Source of the DNA: Candidatus Latescibacterota bacterium
GTDB lineage: Bacteria > Latescibacterota > UBA2968 > UBA8231
Reading direction: 5' to 3'
DNA: 64,000 nucleotides
Assembly: GCA_963422735.1 (NCBI GenBank)
Contig: OY730476.1
Location: forward strand, 2,944,001 to 3,008,000
Under the pieces are notes generated by a model. That model was not told the DNA's origin and did not search any database. It worked only from the letters and a program-made list of their open reading frames with translations. Made by a program: the position numbers and the translations under genes. Position 1 is the first letter of the stretch. Each line of letters starts with the position of its first letter. Below, in pieces: positions 40,784-50,534 of this stretch.

Positions 40784-41962
40784 CTATCGCGCATCTCCTC
40801 GCGCTTTATCCACGGTTAGTTTCACCTTCTCTGGCTTGATGATGCTTTTGACCGCCAACCCGGTCGCATGGCGCACGGACTGGGCGGATACCTCGAAGGT
40901 CCTCCGCCCCAACTTGACGAGATTGGCGTCAATGACGACCTGGAAATCCGCATGGCTCGCCAACAACAGGGCCCGCCGCGGGCCAGCCACCGCGATCTCC
41001 ACCTCTGGAGGTTTGACGTCCGTTAGCGCATATCCTTCGGGCATGTTCTCCACGGCTACGGGCACCTGGAGCACCGCTTCCTCGACCGTTGCGCCCGGCA
41101 CCAAGACCAGCCACGCACCCAAGGCCAAGGCAAAGGACAAAAGACCCTCTAGCAAACGCTGCCCCAACCAACGCCACTTGACCCGGCGCACACTCACCGG
41201 TGCCCCAGCGCGCTGCAAGTGATCTTGGATCCGGCCCAGCAAATCGCCCGGCTCGGGCTTGTCCAGAACATCGAGCTGTCCCCGCACTGCAATCCCGATG
41301 GTGCCGCGCTCCTCTGAGACTACCAGACACAGGGCATCGCTGCGTTCGGCTAGGCCCAACGCGGCAGCGTGTCGCGTACTGCCCCCCCTCATCCCTTCCC
41401 TATTCTCGGAAAGCGGCAAATGCACCCCAAAGTAGGCAATCTTATTATTGTGCATCACCAGTGCCCCGTCGTGCCCAGCCGAACCGGGGTCGAAAAGGCT
41501 GTCGAGGAGTTCTTCGCTGATCTCCGCGTCCAAAAAGACGCCCCCCTGCAAATGCCGCTCTATCGGCTCGCGCCCCGGCAGAACCACCAAGGCCCCGCGT
41601 CTCTTCGCAGCCAACTGACACAACGCACTGCTCAGCGTCTCCAGGCTGGAGGGTTTCGGCCACGGAGCCTTGCGGCGCAGACCGAGCGCGGCGATCTGCT
41701 CAAAGAGCCGGCGCAAATCATCTTGGAAAACTATCACCACCACGAACGCTAACACCGCAACAAAGCCCTGGAAAATCCAAGCCGTTAGCTGCAACTCGAA
41801 TTGCTGCGCCACTAGGTAGAAGACGCCCAAAAAAGCCAAGCCAAGCAGGGCCATCCGCGTATGCACCCGGCGGGTCCAAGCCACTAGACCCCAAAGCAGC
41901 AAACCTACGACTGCAATGTCCACCAGATCAGTGGGTGCGATGTTCAACAGGGGCGTGTGCAA
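40784..41962 (-). CDS. cdaA: Diadenylate cyclase CdaA fused to a YbbR-like domain (start uncertain)
   Basis: 3 TM + VIVFQDDLRR, HDGALV, TRHAAALG, VVSEERG; extra TM then VPVAVENMPEG..V.GPR. Confidence 0.85.
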   Translation of the reverse strand: MHTPLLNIAPTDLVDIAVVGLLLWGLVAWTRRVHTRMALLGLAFLGVFYLVAQQFELQLTAWIFQGFVAVLAFVVVIVFQDDLRRLFEQIAALGLRRKAPWPKPSSLETLSSALCQLAAKRRGALVVLPGREPIERHLQGGVFLDAEISEELLDSLFDPGSAGHDGALVMHNNKIAYFGVHLPLSENREGMRGGSTRHAAALGLAERSDALCLVVSEERGTIGIAVRGQLDVLDKPEPGDLLGRIQDHLQRAGAPVSVRRVKWRWLGQRLLEGLLSFALALGAWLVLVPGATVEEAVLQVPVAVENMPEGYALTDVKPPEVEIAVAGPRRALLLASHADFQVVIDANLVKLGRRTFEVSAQSVRHATGLAVKSIIKPEKVKLTVDKARGDAR

Positions 41963-41975
41963 AAATAACCTGATC

Positions 41976-42004
41976 TCGACATCTCCCCGCCCTAAAGGAA
42001 GGGA
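41976..42004. mobile_element. IS200/IS605-family end remnant
   Basis: TCGACATCTCCCCGCCCTAAAGGAAGGGA resembles the TTGACATCCTCCCCGCCCTAAAGGACGGGG-type tnpB element end (recalled consensus). Confidence 0.5.
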
Positions 42005-42009
42005 ATGGG

Positions 42010-42756
42010 TCAAGCTCCGGGGAATGCTGCCAAATACACCTTGGTGCGCTCGTTCAAAACCCCGTAAAAAGCCCGCGTCTCTGCATCGTCGCTGTCCCGC
42101 CAAAACGCCGCCGGAATAGTCGAGTCGTTCGCCAGCGGTGCCCGGCTGCGATGCCCGTAATAAATCTGCGCGGTCCGGCGCTCGGCCTGCGTGGGCCGCG
42201 TCGTCGCCGTGTGCAGCACCGCCACGTTAAATAATGCACAGGTGCCCGCCGGACCGTGCAAGTGATACTCGCCGCCCCTCTTGAGTTGTTCCTCCTTATT
42301 TTCTAGCACTGACTGGCTTACCGATTCCGGTGAAAGGGAAAAACAATGCGTTCCTTCGTTGACATCGGCCAGATAGACCATGAGCTGGATGTAGTCCATC
42401 CTCAGCGGATGCTCGTCCCAATGCGGCCTGTCGCGGTGCCAACCCTGGTGCAACGGGCCGTCGTAGGCCCGCATCAGCCGCAGCCCGATCTCGCCAAAGC
42501 AGAGCGGCCCGCCCATCAGCGCCTCGATCGTCGGGTATATCTTGGGGTGGCGAATCAACTCGTCGAACTGCGGCGAGGTGATCAACGCCTCGTAGTTGGC
42601 GTGCTGCTGGTAGCCGTAGCGGTGCCAGAAATAGGGGTACTTTTCCATATCCCCATCGAACATGTCGCGAAAGTACTGCACCTCGTCGTCGGCGAGTACC
42701 TGCCCTAAGTTGAGGTAGCAGTTTGCGGCAAAGAAATCGCGGTCGGCTTGGTCCAT
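42010..42756 (-). CDS. Phytanoyl-CoA dioxygenase (PhyH) family protein
   Basis: QGWHRD (HxD), QLMVYLADV, GPAGTCALF..VLHTAT. Confidence 0.88.
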   Translation of the reverse strand: MDQADRDFFAANCYLNLGQVLADDEVQYFRDMFDGDMEKYPYFWHRYGYQQHANYEALITSPQFDELIRHPKIYPTIEALMGGPLCFGEIGLRLMRAYDGPLHQGWHRDRPHWDEHPLRMDYIQLMVYLADVNEGTHCFSLSPESVSQSVLENKEEQLKRGGEYHLHGPAGTCALFNVAVLHTATTRPTQAERRTAQIYYGHRSRAPLANDSTIPAAFWRDSDDAETRAFYGVLNERTKVYLAAFPGA

Positions 42757-42784
42757 CGCCTTGTCTCCTAATTTTGTTTGTGGC

Positions 42785-44530
42785 CTAGCCATATGGAATC
42801 CGCTCGCCGTGCCAAGGCAGGCGGAAGCTGGGCTGCTGGCTGTAACGCCGCATGGCGAGCGACAAGTCGATTTGGCTGGCCGGCGCCAATTCGACTTTGG
42901 AAATAGGTGCTATCCACGTTGAGGGCCTCGTCGCCGGCTCGCACTTGGCCAAAGCAGTGTTCCCCAAAGCTGCCGGCGCCGACGATCACCTGCCGAGTGC
43001 GGCTCGTGCTCAAGTTGACCAACGTCAGCTTCGCACCTTCGCCGCTGAGGCCGGTCACCAAGGCTGCTGCGTCCGGGCCGCTGCTGTTCACCGTCGAAAT
43101 AGCGCACCCGCCCTTGCGCCAGCCCGCCCCAGTAGATGGTCTGCGGCGCACCGGTCGTTAGCTGCACTAGGGCTTCGGTGACCACCGGATTGACCTGCTG
43201 CCACCAGTGGACATCGAGTTGGGTCAGATCCTGTTCGTCGTCTATAACCTTGGCGATGCGGTCGCAGACCTCTCGGTAGTTAGCCTGCAAGATGCGCTTG
43301 GGATAATCCGGGGAGTCGCCGGCGAGAAAGCGGGTCCAGGCCCGGTCGTCGAGCGAGCGCGGTCCGCGCTGCCCCACCTGCCTCCACTCGCTTTCGGCAC
43401 CTCGGCGCAAGGTCTCCAGCCGTTGCCAGTCCTGCTCCTCCATGGAAGCGGTCCACAAGTGGATCGGCGCATTGGGATCAATGGGGTTGAAGTCGGTCCA
43501 ACCCTCATCCGTGCACTTGTAGGGCACGAGCAGCCGCCCCCCCTCCTCACGGCCATGCTCGACTAGCTTATCCATGTGCATGCGGAGCAAGTCCAAATAC
43601 TTGGCCTCGCCTGTGACCAACAGCGCAGCTTCCACGGCCGCGGTCAGCGCGTGGGCCATCATGCCGTGTCCAAAGCGCCCGGTCCATCCGTACAGCCCGC
43701 CCCACCACTGCCCTTGGCGCATCTCGTGGGACCGATGTTGTCCGGGACGATGCCGCCGTTGGCCTCGGTGCGCTCTATCCAAGCCCCCACGTATTCCTCA
43801 ATCCCCTCCCGATACCGCGCCTCGCCGGTGTGGAGAAATGCCGTTGCCACCAAGACCGCGACGCCTACGTTGACGGTCACGTCGCCTTGCATGAACACTT
43901 GGTCGAATCGCTCCTCAACGCGGCGTTTGGTCTCGGGATACTCCCACCAGTTAGCGGGCAAATCAAAGCCCGGCCCCAGCGTGGTGTGGCCGTGGGCGAG
44001 ATCGTAGTGAATTTCGCCGGGCCGCATTTGGAAGAGCCGCCCCTTGCTGCCGCTACAGGGCGAGCGCACGATGTGGTGCTCGGGGTCGTAGTTGAGCACC
44101 GCTGGGTCGTCGTTCAAGTAAAATCCGGCAAAGCGCTGCGCCCGGCGGCGCGTCTCGGCGTTGGCCGGGTCGGCCGTCCCCAAGTGATAGAAGTAGATGT
44201 AGTTTTCGACGTTGTAGAACCAGTCATCGTCGTTGATAAACTCTCGGGTGACGCGGCCGTAGTCTTGCTCTAGTTGCCGAGACTCCTCTAGGGCCTTAAC
44301 GCCCGTGTACTCGCTGCCGCCTAGGGCATAGTAGTGAGGCCAGTTGAAGAATGACTCGTACAGGTCGTCGGCCCAGACCCCGTCTCCAGGGTATTCTTCC
44401 GTCCATATCAGGCTGCCGCCGGGGCGGGTGTACTAATCGGTGCTGCCTCGTCGATAGCGTCGATCAGTCGCCGTTCCAAGACCGCCCATAGCGGCGGCGC
44501 AGTGCGCGTTTGGCCTGTTAGCGTTTTCAC
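42785..44530 (-). pseudogene. Large hypothetical protein with several frameshifts
   Basis: Continuous protein sense across frames: PPLWAVLERRLID / YTRPGGSLIW..DDLYESFFNW / RRAQRFAGFY..GGIVPDNIGP / GQWWGGLYGW..NPVVTEAL / AALV..LVNLS..GSFGEH. Confidence 0.75.
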
Positions 44531-44661
44531 GGTCTCGTCCTCTCGCAAAGGGCTTCTATAAGTAGATACGCATTCGCGCCGATGGCAAGTTTGACAATGT
44601 GGGCGTATTTTGTCGTATTTTATAAGACAAACGTCGCCACACAAAGAAAGCGGGCCATGCC

Positions 44662-45099
44662 ATGACCACTGCTATGACGACTCCTTTAGGGGAAACGGCG
44701 CAGATTCTCGGGGTGCGCCATAGGCTGCACAATGGCTTCGACCTAATTGAAATGAGCAATCGAGGCATTGCGCGGTCGGAGTTGATAAAACTAGCGGAAT
44801 ACCTCGCTATATCGCCGGGACAACTCATTCGCCTGCTGCCCATTAGCGAACGTACGGTGCAGCGACACGGCGACGCCAGACCATTCAGTCGGGCCGTCTC
44901 TGAGCAGGTTCTCCAGATCGCCAGCGTTGCTGCCAGAGGGGTAGCTGTCTTTGAGGACCGCGATTATTTCCTGGATTGGCTCAAACAACCCTGCGCGGCA
45001 TTGGGCAACAAAGTGCCGCTTGAATTGCTCAACTCGCGTTTCGGCGCAGATATCATCTTGGATGAGCTGGGTCGGATAGAGCACGGGGTATTTGCCTGA
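44662..45099 (+). CDS. Xre/MbcA/ParS antitoxin
   Basis: ISERTVQR..WLKQPCAALGNKVPLELL..G..ILDELGRIEHGVFA. Confidence 0.92.
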   Translation: MTTAMTTPLGETAQILGVRHRLHNGFDLIEMSNRGIARSELIKLAEYLAISPGQLIRLLPISERTVQRHGDARPFSRAVSEQVLQIASVAARGVAVFEDRDYFLDWLKQPCAALGNKVPLELLNSRFGADIILDELGRIEHGVFA

Positions 45100-45557
45100 T
45101 GCGGCTTTTCCGAATCGCCAAGACCCGCTACATAAACGATTTATCGGGGGCCGGTGCCCGCGCCAACGGCGGTCGGTGGAATCGCGTCGGGGTGGGTTTG
45201 CTTTACACCTCGCCTAGTCGGGCATTGGCCATGGTGGAATACCTAGTACATGTGCCGTTGGCGCGGGTACCGAAAAATCTGAGTACCGCGACTATTGCAG
45301 TGCCCGATTATGTGTCAGCAGAGACTATTACTGAGGAGATGTTGCCAAACAACTGGCGGCAACATCCGGCCCCTGTCGAGCTAGAGGAGATCGGCACCCG
45401 TTGGATTGAGGAGAAGAGGTCCTTGTTGCTGCGCGTACCCTCAGCAGTAGTTAAGGGCGACTACAATGTGCTGATCAATCCAGCGCATTTAGAGATGAAA
45501 GGTGTGGAAATTGCGGCAGTTGAACCGTACCTGCTTGACGAGCGGCTAGTGCGATAG
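45099..45557 (+). CDS. RES-domain toxin (NAD+ phosphorylase family)
   Basis: LFRIA..LSGAGA..GGRWN..YTSPSRALAMVE..LRVPSAVV..NVLINPAH; TGATG overlap. Confidence 0.93.
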   Translation: MRLFRIAKTRYINDLSGAGARANGGRWNRVGVGLLYTSPSRALAMVEYLVHVPLARVPKNLSTATIAVPDYVSAETITEEMLPNNWRQHPAPVELEEIGTRWIEEKRSLLLRVPSAVVKGDYNVLINPAHLEMKGVEIAAVEPYLLDERLVR

Positions 45558-45603
45558 CCGCGAAATTTGACTTGGAATTACATCCAGAGGAATGTAGAAT
45601 CAT

Positions 45604-46653
45604 TTAGCAGCTTTTCATAATAAAGTTGATAATTTTTTCTTTTCTTTTTTGTATTATTTCCTTGGTCCACACCTCATCAGGAGCGAAAGTTTTAATCTCC
45701 CTTTGCTGTTCATTATGAACATATGTTCTAAGTTTTTCGACGAACGGAATATTTCCAACTGCACAATTGTGAGATTTTGACAGCAGTAGATAATTACCAA
45801 GACAATTAAGGTGTTGATTCTTAAACTCTTCATCGTACTCGTCATAACCATGTGGTGTTCTCTCGGGTTCTGTGGTTGGGGCAATGTGTTCCAGTTCGGG
45901 ATTTCTTATGCTGTCAAAGCGAGAAGGGGAATAGCCTGCTTCGCCTTGACTTTCAAGATGATTTTCATATTTCCATAGCAGATGTTTTGCAGTCGCGTGA
46001 TGTATTCCTCCTTGGAGCGATTCTTCTAGCTTTTCATCATTCCAATAAGCCCACCACCAATCCGATACCGATATTGTCTTGAGCTGTTCTATCCGAGTTA
46101 CTATAGGACAAATATCTTTATTGTTTGGGCTGAAGTCCTGAAACACATCATTGATTCTTGATCTTATATCAGCGCGAGTTCCAATTAGGCGATGACGGAG
46201 CACTAGGTCTTCCAGCGATGAACATAACTTTCCTACCTCATCAATTAGCAGACCATACCTATACGCCTTTATGACAAACGGAAGCGCAGTGGCGATACTT
46301 CCGAGTGTTATTAAAGAATGTATTGCAAAGTTTTCTTTCTCATCTTTACAAAAGAAATAAGATAAATGATCAAAACTCATCTCAAGGGATCTTGTAAAAT
46401 TTTTAATGAAGACCAATCGCTTTTCTTCAGATAATTTTTTGTTTATTGTATCCAGGGCATTGGTTTCTGGTTCCCAAAGTGAATTAAAATGCACTCTCAA
46501 CGTATAAAGTAGGATGTCATCTTCACTGATACGAGATTCAATCTTAGAGATTGATTTATAAATTTTTTCAAAACGATTCTTAATCTCCTCCATAAGTTCC
46601 TCTCTACCATTATTGCTATACAGATGCACATCCACATTCCGTATCAAAATCAC
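45604..46653 (-). pseudogene. DUF262/DUF1524 (GmrSD-like) restriction protein, N-terminally truncated
   Basis: AT-rich; C-terminal ELEHIAP..LGNYLLLSKSHN..GN..F HNH motif; DUF262 DGQQR motif absent. Confidence 0.72.
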
Positions 46654-46659
46654 TCCGTT

Positions 46660-46851
46660 CTATGACCCTCGGCAGGCGATTCTGCTCTTCCAATCCGATG
46701 TCGCCTTCTGTAGGCGACAGAAGATGTACGCCGTCGGAACTGCAATCAGCAGAACGAGTCCCAGGCGGCAGAGAAGGTAAGCCGGAACTACAATCAGCAG
46801 AACGAGTACCGAAGCGATGTCGAGGAGGTGCCTTACTTTCGGAGATGTCAT
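46660..46851 (-). CDS. Small hydrophobic protein with internal duplication
   Basis: RBS AAGGAG; LVLLIVVPAYLLCRL / LVLLIAVPTAYIFCRL. Confidence 0.45.
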   Translation of the reverse strand: MTSPKVRHLLDIASVLVLLIVVPAYLLCRLGLVLLIAVPTAYIFCRLQKATSDWKSRIACRGS

Positions 46852-46981
46852 GGCAGTTTATCTCCTTTCGGGGCTTGGGTGCGTGCGCCAGATGGGGAGA
46901 AAGTTAATTGAGCTTTCGAAGGACGGGGAAAAAAGGAAGGCAAAAGTACACGGCCCATAGGAGGTACAAAGGGAACTGATG

Positions 46982-47017
46982 AAGCTAGCGATGCGAGCGG
47001 CTGCGCATCGCTAGCTT
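46982..47017. terminator. Hairpin downstream of tRNA-Leu
   Basis: AAGCTAGCGATGCG-8nt-CGCATCGCTAGCTT 14-bp stem. Confidence 0.7.
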
Positions 47018-47033
47018 ACAATGGTAAACAAAA

Positions 47034-47120
47034 TGGTGCCGGAGGTGGGACTCGAACCCACACACCCTTGCGGATACAGGATTTTGAATCCAGCGCGTCT
47101 ACCAATTCCGCCACTCCGGC
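47034..47120 (-). tRNA. tRNA-Leu(CAA)
   Basis: GCCGGAGTGGCGGAATTGGTAGACGCGCTGGATTCAAAATCC...GGTTCGAGTCCCACCTCCGGCACCA; long variable arm, encoded CCA. Confidence 0.98.
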
Positions 47121-47128
47121 TATACCAT

Positions 47129-47575
47129 TTACCACTCCTCTCGTTCGCTCTTCGGCTTGCCGAGGATTTCCATATAGACGATCGCGTCGCGTGCCGTCTG
47201 AGGGTTGAGAACCCAGCGGCTCCGTTTGCGACGAGGCCGCTGCTCCTCGCCTGAATCCTGGGGCTTAGTCTCCGTCAGCCGCTCCATGTCCTGCCGCTCA
47301 GCCGCTGGAGCCTCTCGCTCGGCTTCTAGTTCCTCCTGTTCAGCCGCGGCCGGATCGACCTCAGCGAGAACCGGCTCCTCAAAGGGATCGCCGTCAAAAG
47401 GCCACCCAAAAGTCGGTTCTTCTTCCTTCTCCTCCTCGGCGACAACAAGCGTGGCCGGATTGACATCGGCATGCTGTTGTTGTGCTTCTTCAAGCTGTTT
47501 GCGGCGCCTGCGACGCTCCATCAGCGCCGAAAACACGCTGAACAGTATCGCGAGGATAAAAATTAGGAGTTCCAT
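47129..47575 (-). CDS. YqfB-like membrane-anchored hypothetical protein
   Basis: N-terminal TM, acidic linker, RDAIVYMEILGKPK C-terminus; downstream of floA. Confidence 0.75.
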   Translation of the reverse strand: MELLIFILAILFSVFSALMERRRRRKQLEEAQQQHADVNPATLVVAEEEKEEEPTFGWPFDGDPFEEPVLAEVDPAAAEQEELEAEREAPAAERQDMERLTETKPQDSGEEQRPRRKRSRWVLNPQTARDAIVYMEILGKPKSEREEW

Positions 47576-47578
47576 GAG

Positions 47579-48562
47579 CTAATTATCGCGTTCCTCGCCG
47601 CTTTCGGAAATCGAGTCGCGCATATCCGTGTCGGCTTGGATATTGCGCATGCGATAGTAGTCCATAATGCCCAAATTGCCCTCGCGGAAAGCCTCGGCCA
47701 TTGCGCGCGGTACTTCGGCCTCTGCTTCCTTGACTCGCGACTCCATCTCCACTACTTGGGCCGTCATCTCCTGCTCGCGCGCCTGGGCCATGGCTCGACG
47801 TTCCTCGGCCTTGGCTTGGGCGATTTTGAGATCGGCATCCGCCTGATCGGTCTGTAGTTTAGCACCGATATTCTCGCCCACATCGACGTCGGCGATATCG
47901 ATGGAGAGGATTTCAAAAGCCGTACCCGAATCCAGCCCCTTTTCCAGCACCGTCCTCGAAATGAGATCGGGATTCTCCAGCACCTCTTTGTGCGTCGCCG
48001 ACGAGCCGATAGTGGTAACGATGCCCTCGCCGACGCGCGCGATGATCGTCTCCTCGCCAGCACCGCCAACCAGCCGGTCGATATTGGCGCGCACCGTCAC
48101 CCGGCACAGGGCCTTGACCTGGATGCCGTCTTTGGCGACCGCCGCGACCAATGGCGTGTTGATCACTTTGGGATTGACGCTCAGCTTGACCGCTTCGAGC
48201 ACATCGCGACCGGCCAAGTCGATCGCCGTAGCCCGCTCGAAGCTCAGATCAATATTGGCCTTGTCGGCCGAGATCAGCGCCAAGATCACCAGGTTGACAT
48301 TGCCGCCGGCCAGAAAGTGGGCTTCCATGCGATCCAAGCTCACGTCGAGACCGGCTTTGGTCGCGCTGATCTTGGGGCTGACGATCTGGCGGGGCGGTAC
48401 CTTGCGCAGCCGCATACCCACCAAGTCCTTGAAGATCGCCACCCTGACCCCGGCGAAATAAGCCGTGATCCACAGACCTACCGGGATGAAGTAAGTGAAA
48501 AGGGCCATAAAGATGATGATGAGGAAGAACACCAAGACTAAAAAAAGGACTGAAACGTCCAT
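47579..48562 (-). CDS. floA: Flotillin-like protein FloA (YqfA)
   Basis: [51 protein letters not shown]. Confidence 0.96.
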   Translation of the reverse strand: MDVSVLFLVLVFFLIIIFMALFTYFIPVGLWITAYFAGVRVAIFKDLVGMRLRKVPPRQIVSPKISATKAGLDVSLDRMEAHFLAGGNVNLVILALISADKANIDLSFERATAIDLAGRDVLEAVKLSVNPKVINTPLVAAVAKDGIQVKALCRVTVRANIDRLVGGAGEETIIARVGEGIVTTIGSSATHKEVLENPDLISRTVLEKGLDSGTAFEILSIDIADVDVGENIGAKLQTDQADADLKIAQAKAEERRAMAQAREQEMTAQVVEMESRVKEAEAEVPRAMAEAFREGNLGIMDYYRMRNIQADTDMRDSISESGEERDN

Positions 48563-48587
48563 GATAAGCTCCTTGAAGTAAAGGAAA

Positions 48588-49097
48588 CTAACGCTCGGCA
48601 CCGACTGGTTGAACGACCACTCTGTTGCCGGCTACTTTTAATACCTCGACCTGCTGTCCGCGCTCAAGATAGCCACCCTCGCTGACTACGTCGACTACGC
48701 GCTCGCCGAACTGCGCCCGCCCCGCCGGCCTCAGCGTCGTCAGCACCTCGCCCGTCTGCCCGAGCAAATTCTCGCGGCTGGACTCGACCGAGTCGTAGCC
48801 GGCCTTGCGCGTCATGCCCTCGTTGAGCACCAAGCGGTTCCAAGCGCGGACCTTGAGTATCAGTCTCACTAGGACGGCGGTACCCACAAGCCCCAAGCCA
48901 GCCACGACTCCAGCCGCCAAGCCACCCATATTTACATAGGCATAGCCAATGCCGGCGACGGTGGTCAGAAAACCAACGACGCCGAAGATATTGAGACCTG
49001 GAATCACGAAAATTTCTAAGAGCACCAGCGCAAAGCCGAGTACCAGCAGGGCCAGCGAATAAATCCATTCCAACACCTCTCCCCCCAGAAAGTTCAT
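48588..49097 (-). CDS. Short NfeD family protein
   Basis: [10 protein letters not shown] region + LRPAGRA..DVVSEG OB fold. Confidence 0.9.
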   Translation of the reverse strand: MNFLGGEVLEWIYSLALLVLGFALVLLEIFVIPGLNIFGVVGFLTTVAGIGYAYVNMGGLAAGVVAGLGLVGTAVLVRLILKVRAWNRLVLNEGMTRKAGYDSVESSRENLLGQTGEVLTTLRPAGRAQFGERVVDVVSEGGYLERGQQVEVLKVAGNRVVVQPVGAER

Positions 49098-50413
49098 AGC
49101 ACCTTTACCACCACGCGACTACCTCGGGCTTCGACGACTTTAATGGGCCGCTGCGCCTCGATGAATTCGCCTTCGGCGATCACGGTGAGCCGCCTGCCTT
49201 CAAACAGGGCTATACCTGAGGGCCGCAGGTAGCTGACCGTGACCCCCTCCTTGCCCAACAGTTTCTCGTCGGTTTTGCACGAGGAGGAAGTGTACCCGTC
49301 GGCGGCCTTGATTTCGCTGTGGAGTACTAGGCGGTTGAAGGCGGCGAACTTGGGCAGGGAGCGCAAAACGATGAGCGAGAGTATAAACGCGCTGATCATC
49401 GAGCCTGCGAGACGCCCTATCACCGAGGCGATTTCGTCGAAACTCCACAATTGAAAATCGCCCAATTGGGTAATCACCACGCTCGCAATCATCGCCCCGA
49501 TACCCAACACGCCCACAATGCCAAAGCCCGGAATGGCCACTAGCTCAACGACTAAAAGCGTTGCGCCCACAGCAAAGAGCGCGAGCTCCTGCCACTTTGC
49601 CAAGTGGACGATCAAGTGGCTGCCGAAGAAAAGCCCCAGAGCCACCAATGCGAGCGTACCCCCCAAGCCCCAACCGGGCGTACGCACCTCGGCGATTAAG
49701 CCGAACATAGCCACCGCTAGCAAAATCGAAGTGACGACCGGGTGGGTCAACAAGCGCAAGACGTGCTCGGTCCAGTTGAGCTCGACTTCCACGATTTCGG
49801 CCTCTCCTAGATCGTAGATGCGCAACAACTCGATCAGCGTCTCGGCCGTCTCGTCGGCCATCTGGTAGTTGAGCGCCTGCTCCGTAGTCAAGGTGGCCGG
49901 CCGGCCCGCTTCGACGCTCAGACCCGGTACGTCGACCCGCTCGTCCACCATGGCCTCGGCAATTTTGACGTCGCGGCCGGTGCGCTCAGCCGTAGCGCGC
50001 ATCTCGGCGCGCATATAGGAGGTCACTTTGTTGCTGGCCTTGGTACCCGTGGCATCGACCGGGGTAGTCGCGCCCATGGTCGCGGCTTGCGTCATGACGA
50101 TCTTATTGCAAGCCAGCGAGATGAGTGCACCGGCCGAAATCGCTCGCTTATTGATAAAGGCGATGGTCAGGGTTTCGGCGTCGAGGATGGCATCGCGGAT
50201 CACAGTGGCCGCATCGACTCGCCCGCCAAAGGTGTCGATTTCAAAGACGATTGCGTCGGCCTCGACCTCGTCGGCCTCGTCTATCACGCGCTCGACCAAG
50301 GCCGCCACGCCCGGGTCAATCATGCCCTCTAGCTTGAGGTGGACGCGATAGACGGTCTGAGCGTGGGCACTGCCAGCCGACAAAATTAGAAGTATGTAGA
50401 TAAGGAGTCGCAT
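49094..50413 (-). CDS. nfeD: Long NfeD (YqeZ-like) membrane protease
   Basis: IDTFGGRVDAA, AISAGALISLA, IAEAMVD, LRPSG. Confidence 0.92.
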   Translation of the reverse strand: MRLLIYILLILSAGSAHAQTVYRVHLKLEGMIDPGVAALVERVIDEADEVEADAIVFEIDTFGGRVDAATVIRDAILDAETLTIAFINKRAISAGALISLACNKIVMTQAATMGATTPVDATGTKASNKVTSYMRAEMRATAERTGRDVKIAEAMVDERVDVPGLSVEAGRPATLTTEQALNYQMADETAETLIELLRIYDLGEAEIVEVELNWTEHVLRLLTHPVVTSILLAVAMFGLIAEVRTPGWGLGGTLALVALGLFFGSHLIVHLAKWQELALFAVGATLLVVELVAIPGFGIVGVLGIGAMIASVVITQLGDFQLWSFDEIASVIGRLAGSMISAFILSLIVLRSLPKFAAFNRLVLHSEIKAADGYTSSSCKTDEKLLGKEGVTVSYLRPSGIALFEGRRLTVIAEGEFIEAQRPIKVVEARGSRVVVKVL

Positions 50414-50534
50414 TATCTGTTCTATGAAGTTATATATTGTAATCTAAGTATCTAACCATTGTCAACAACCCCATTTGACCGTCCTTACGGCCCAACCTAC
50501 TTTGTGATTTTTGCATCTACGGAATGGAAAAGCC

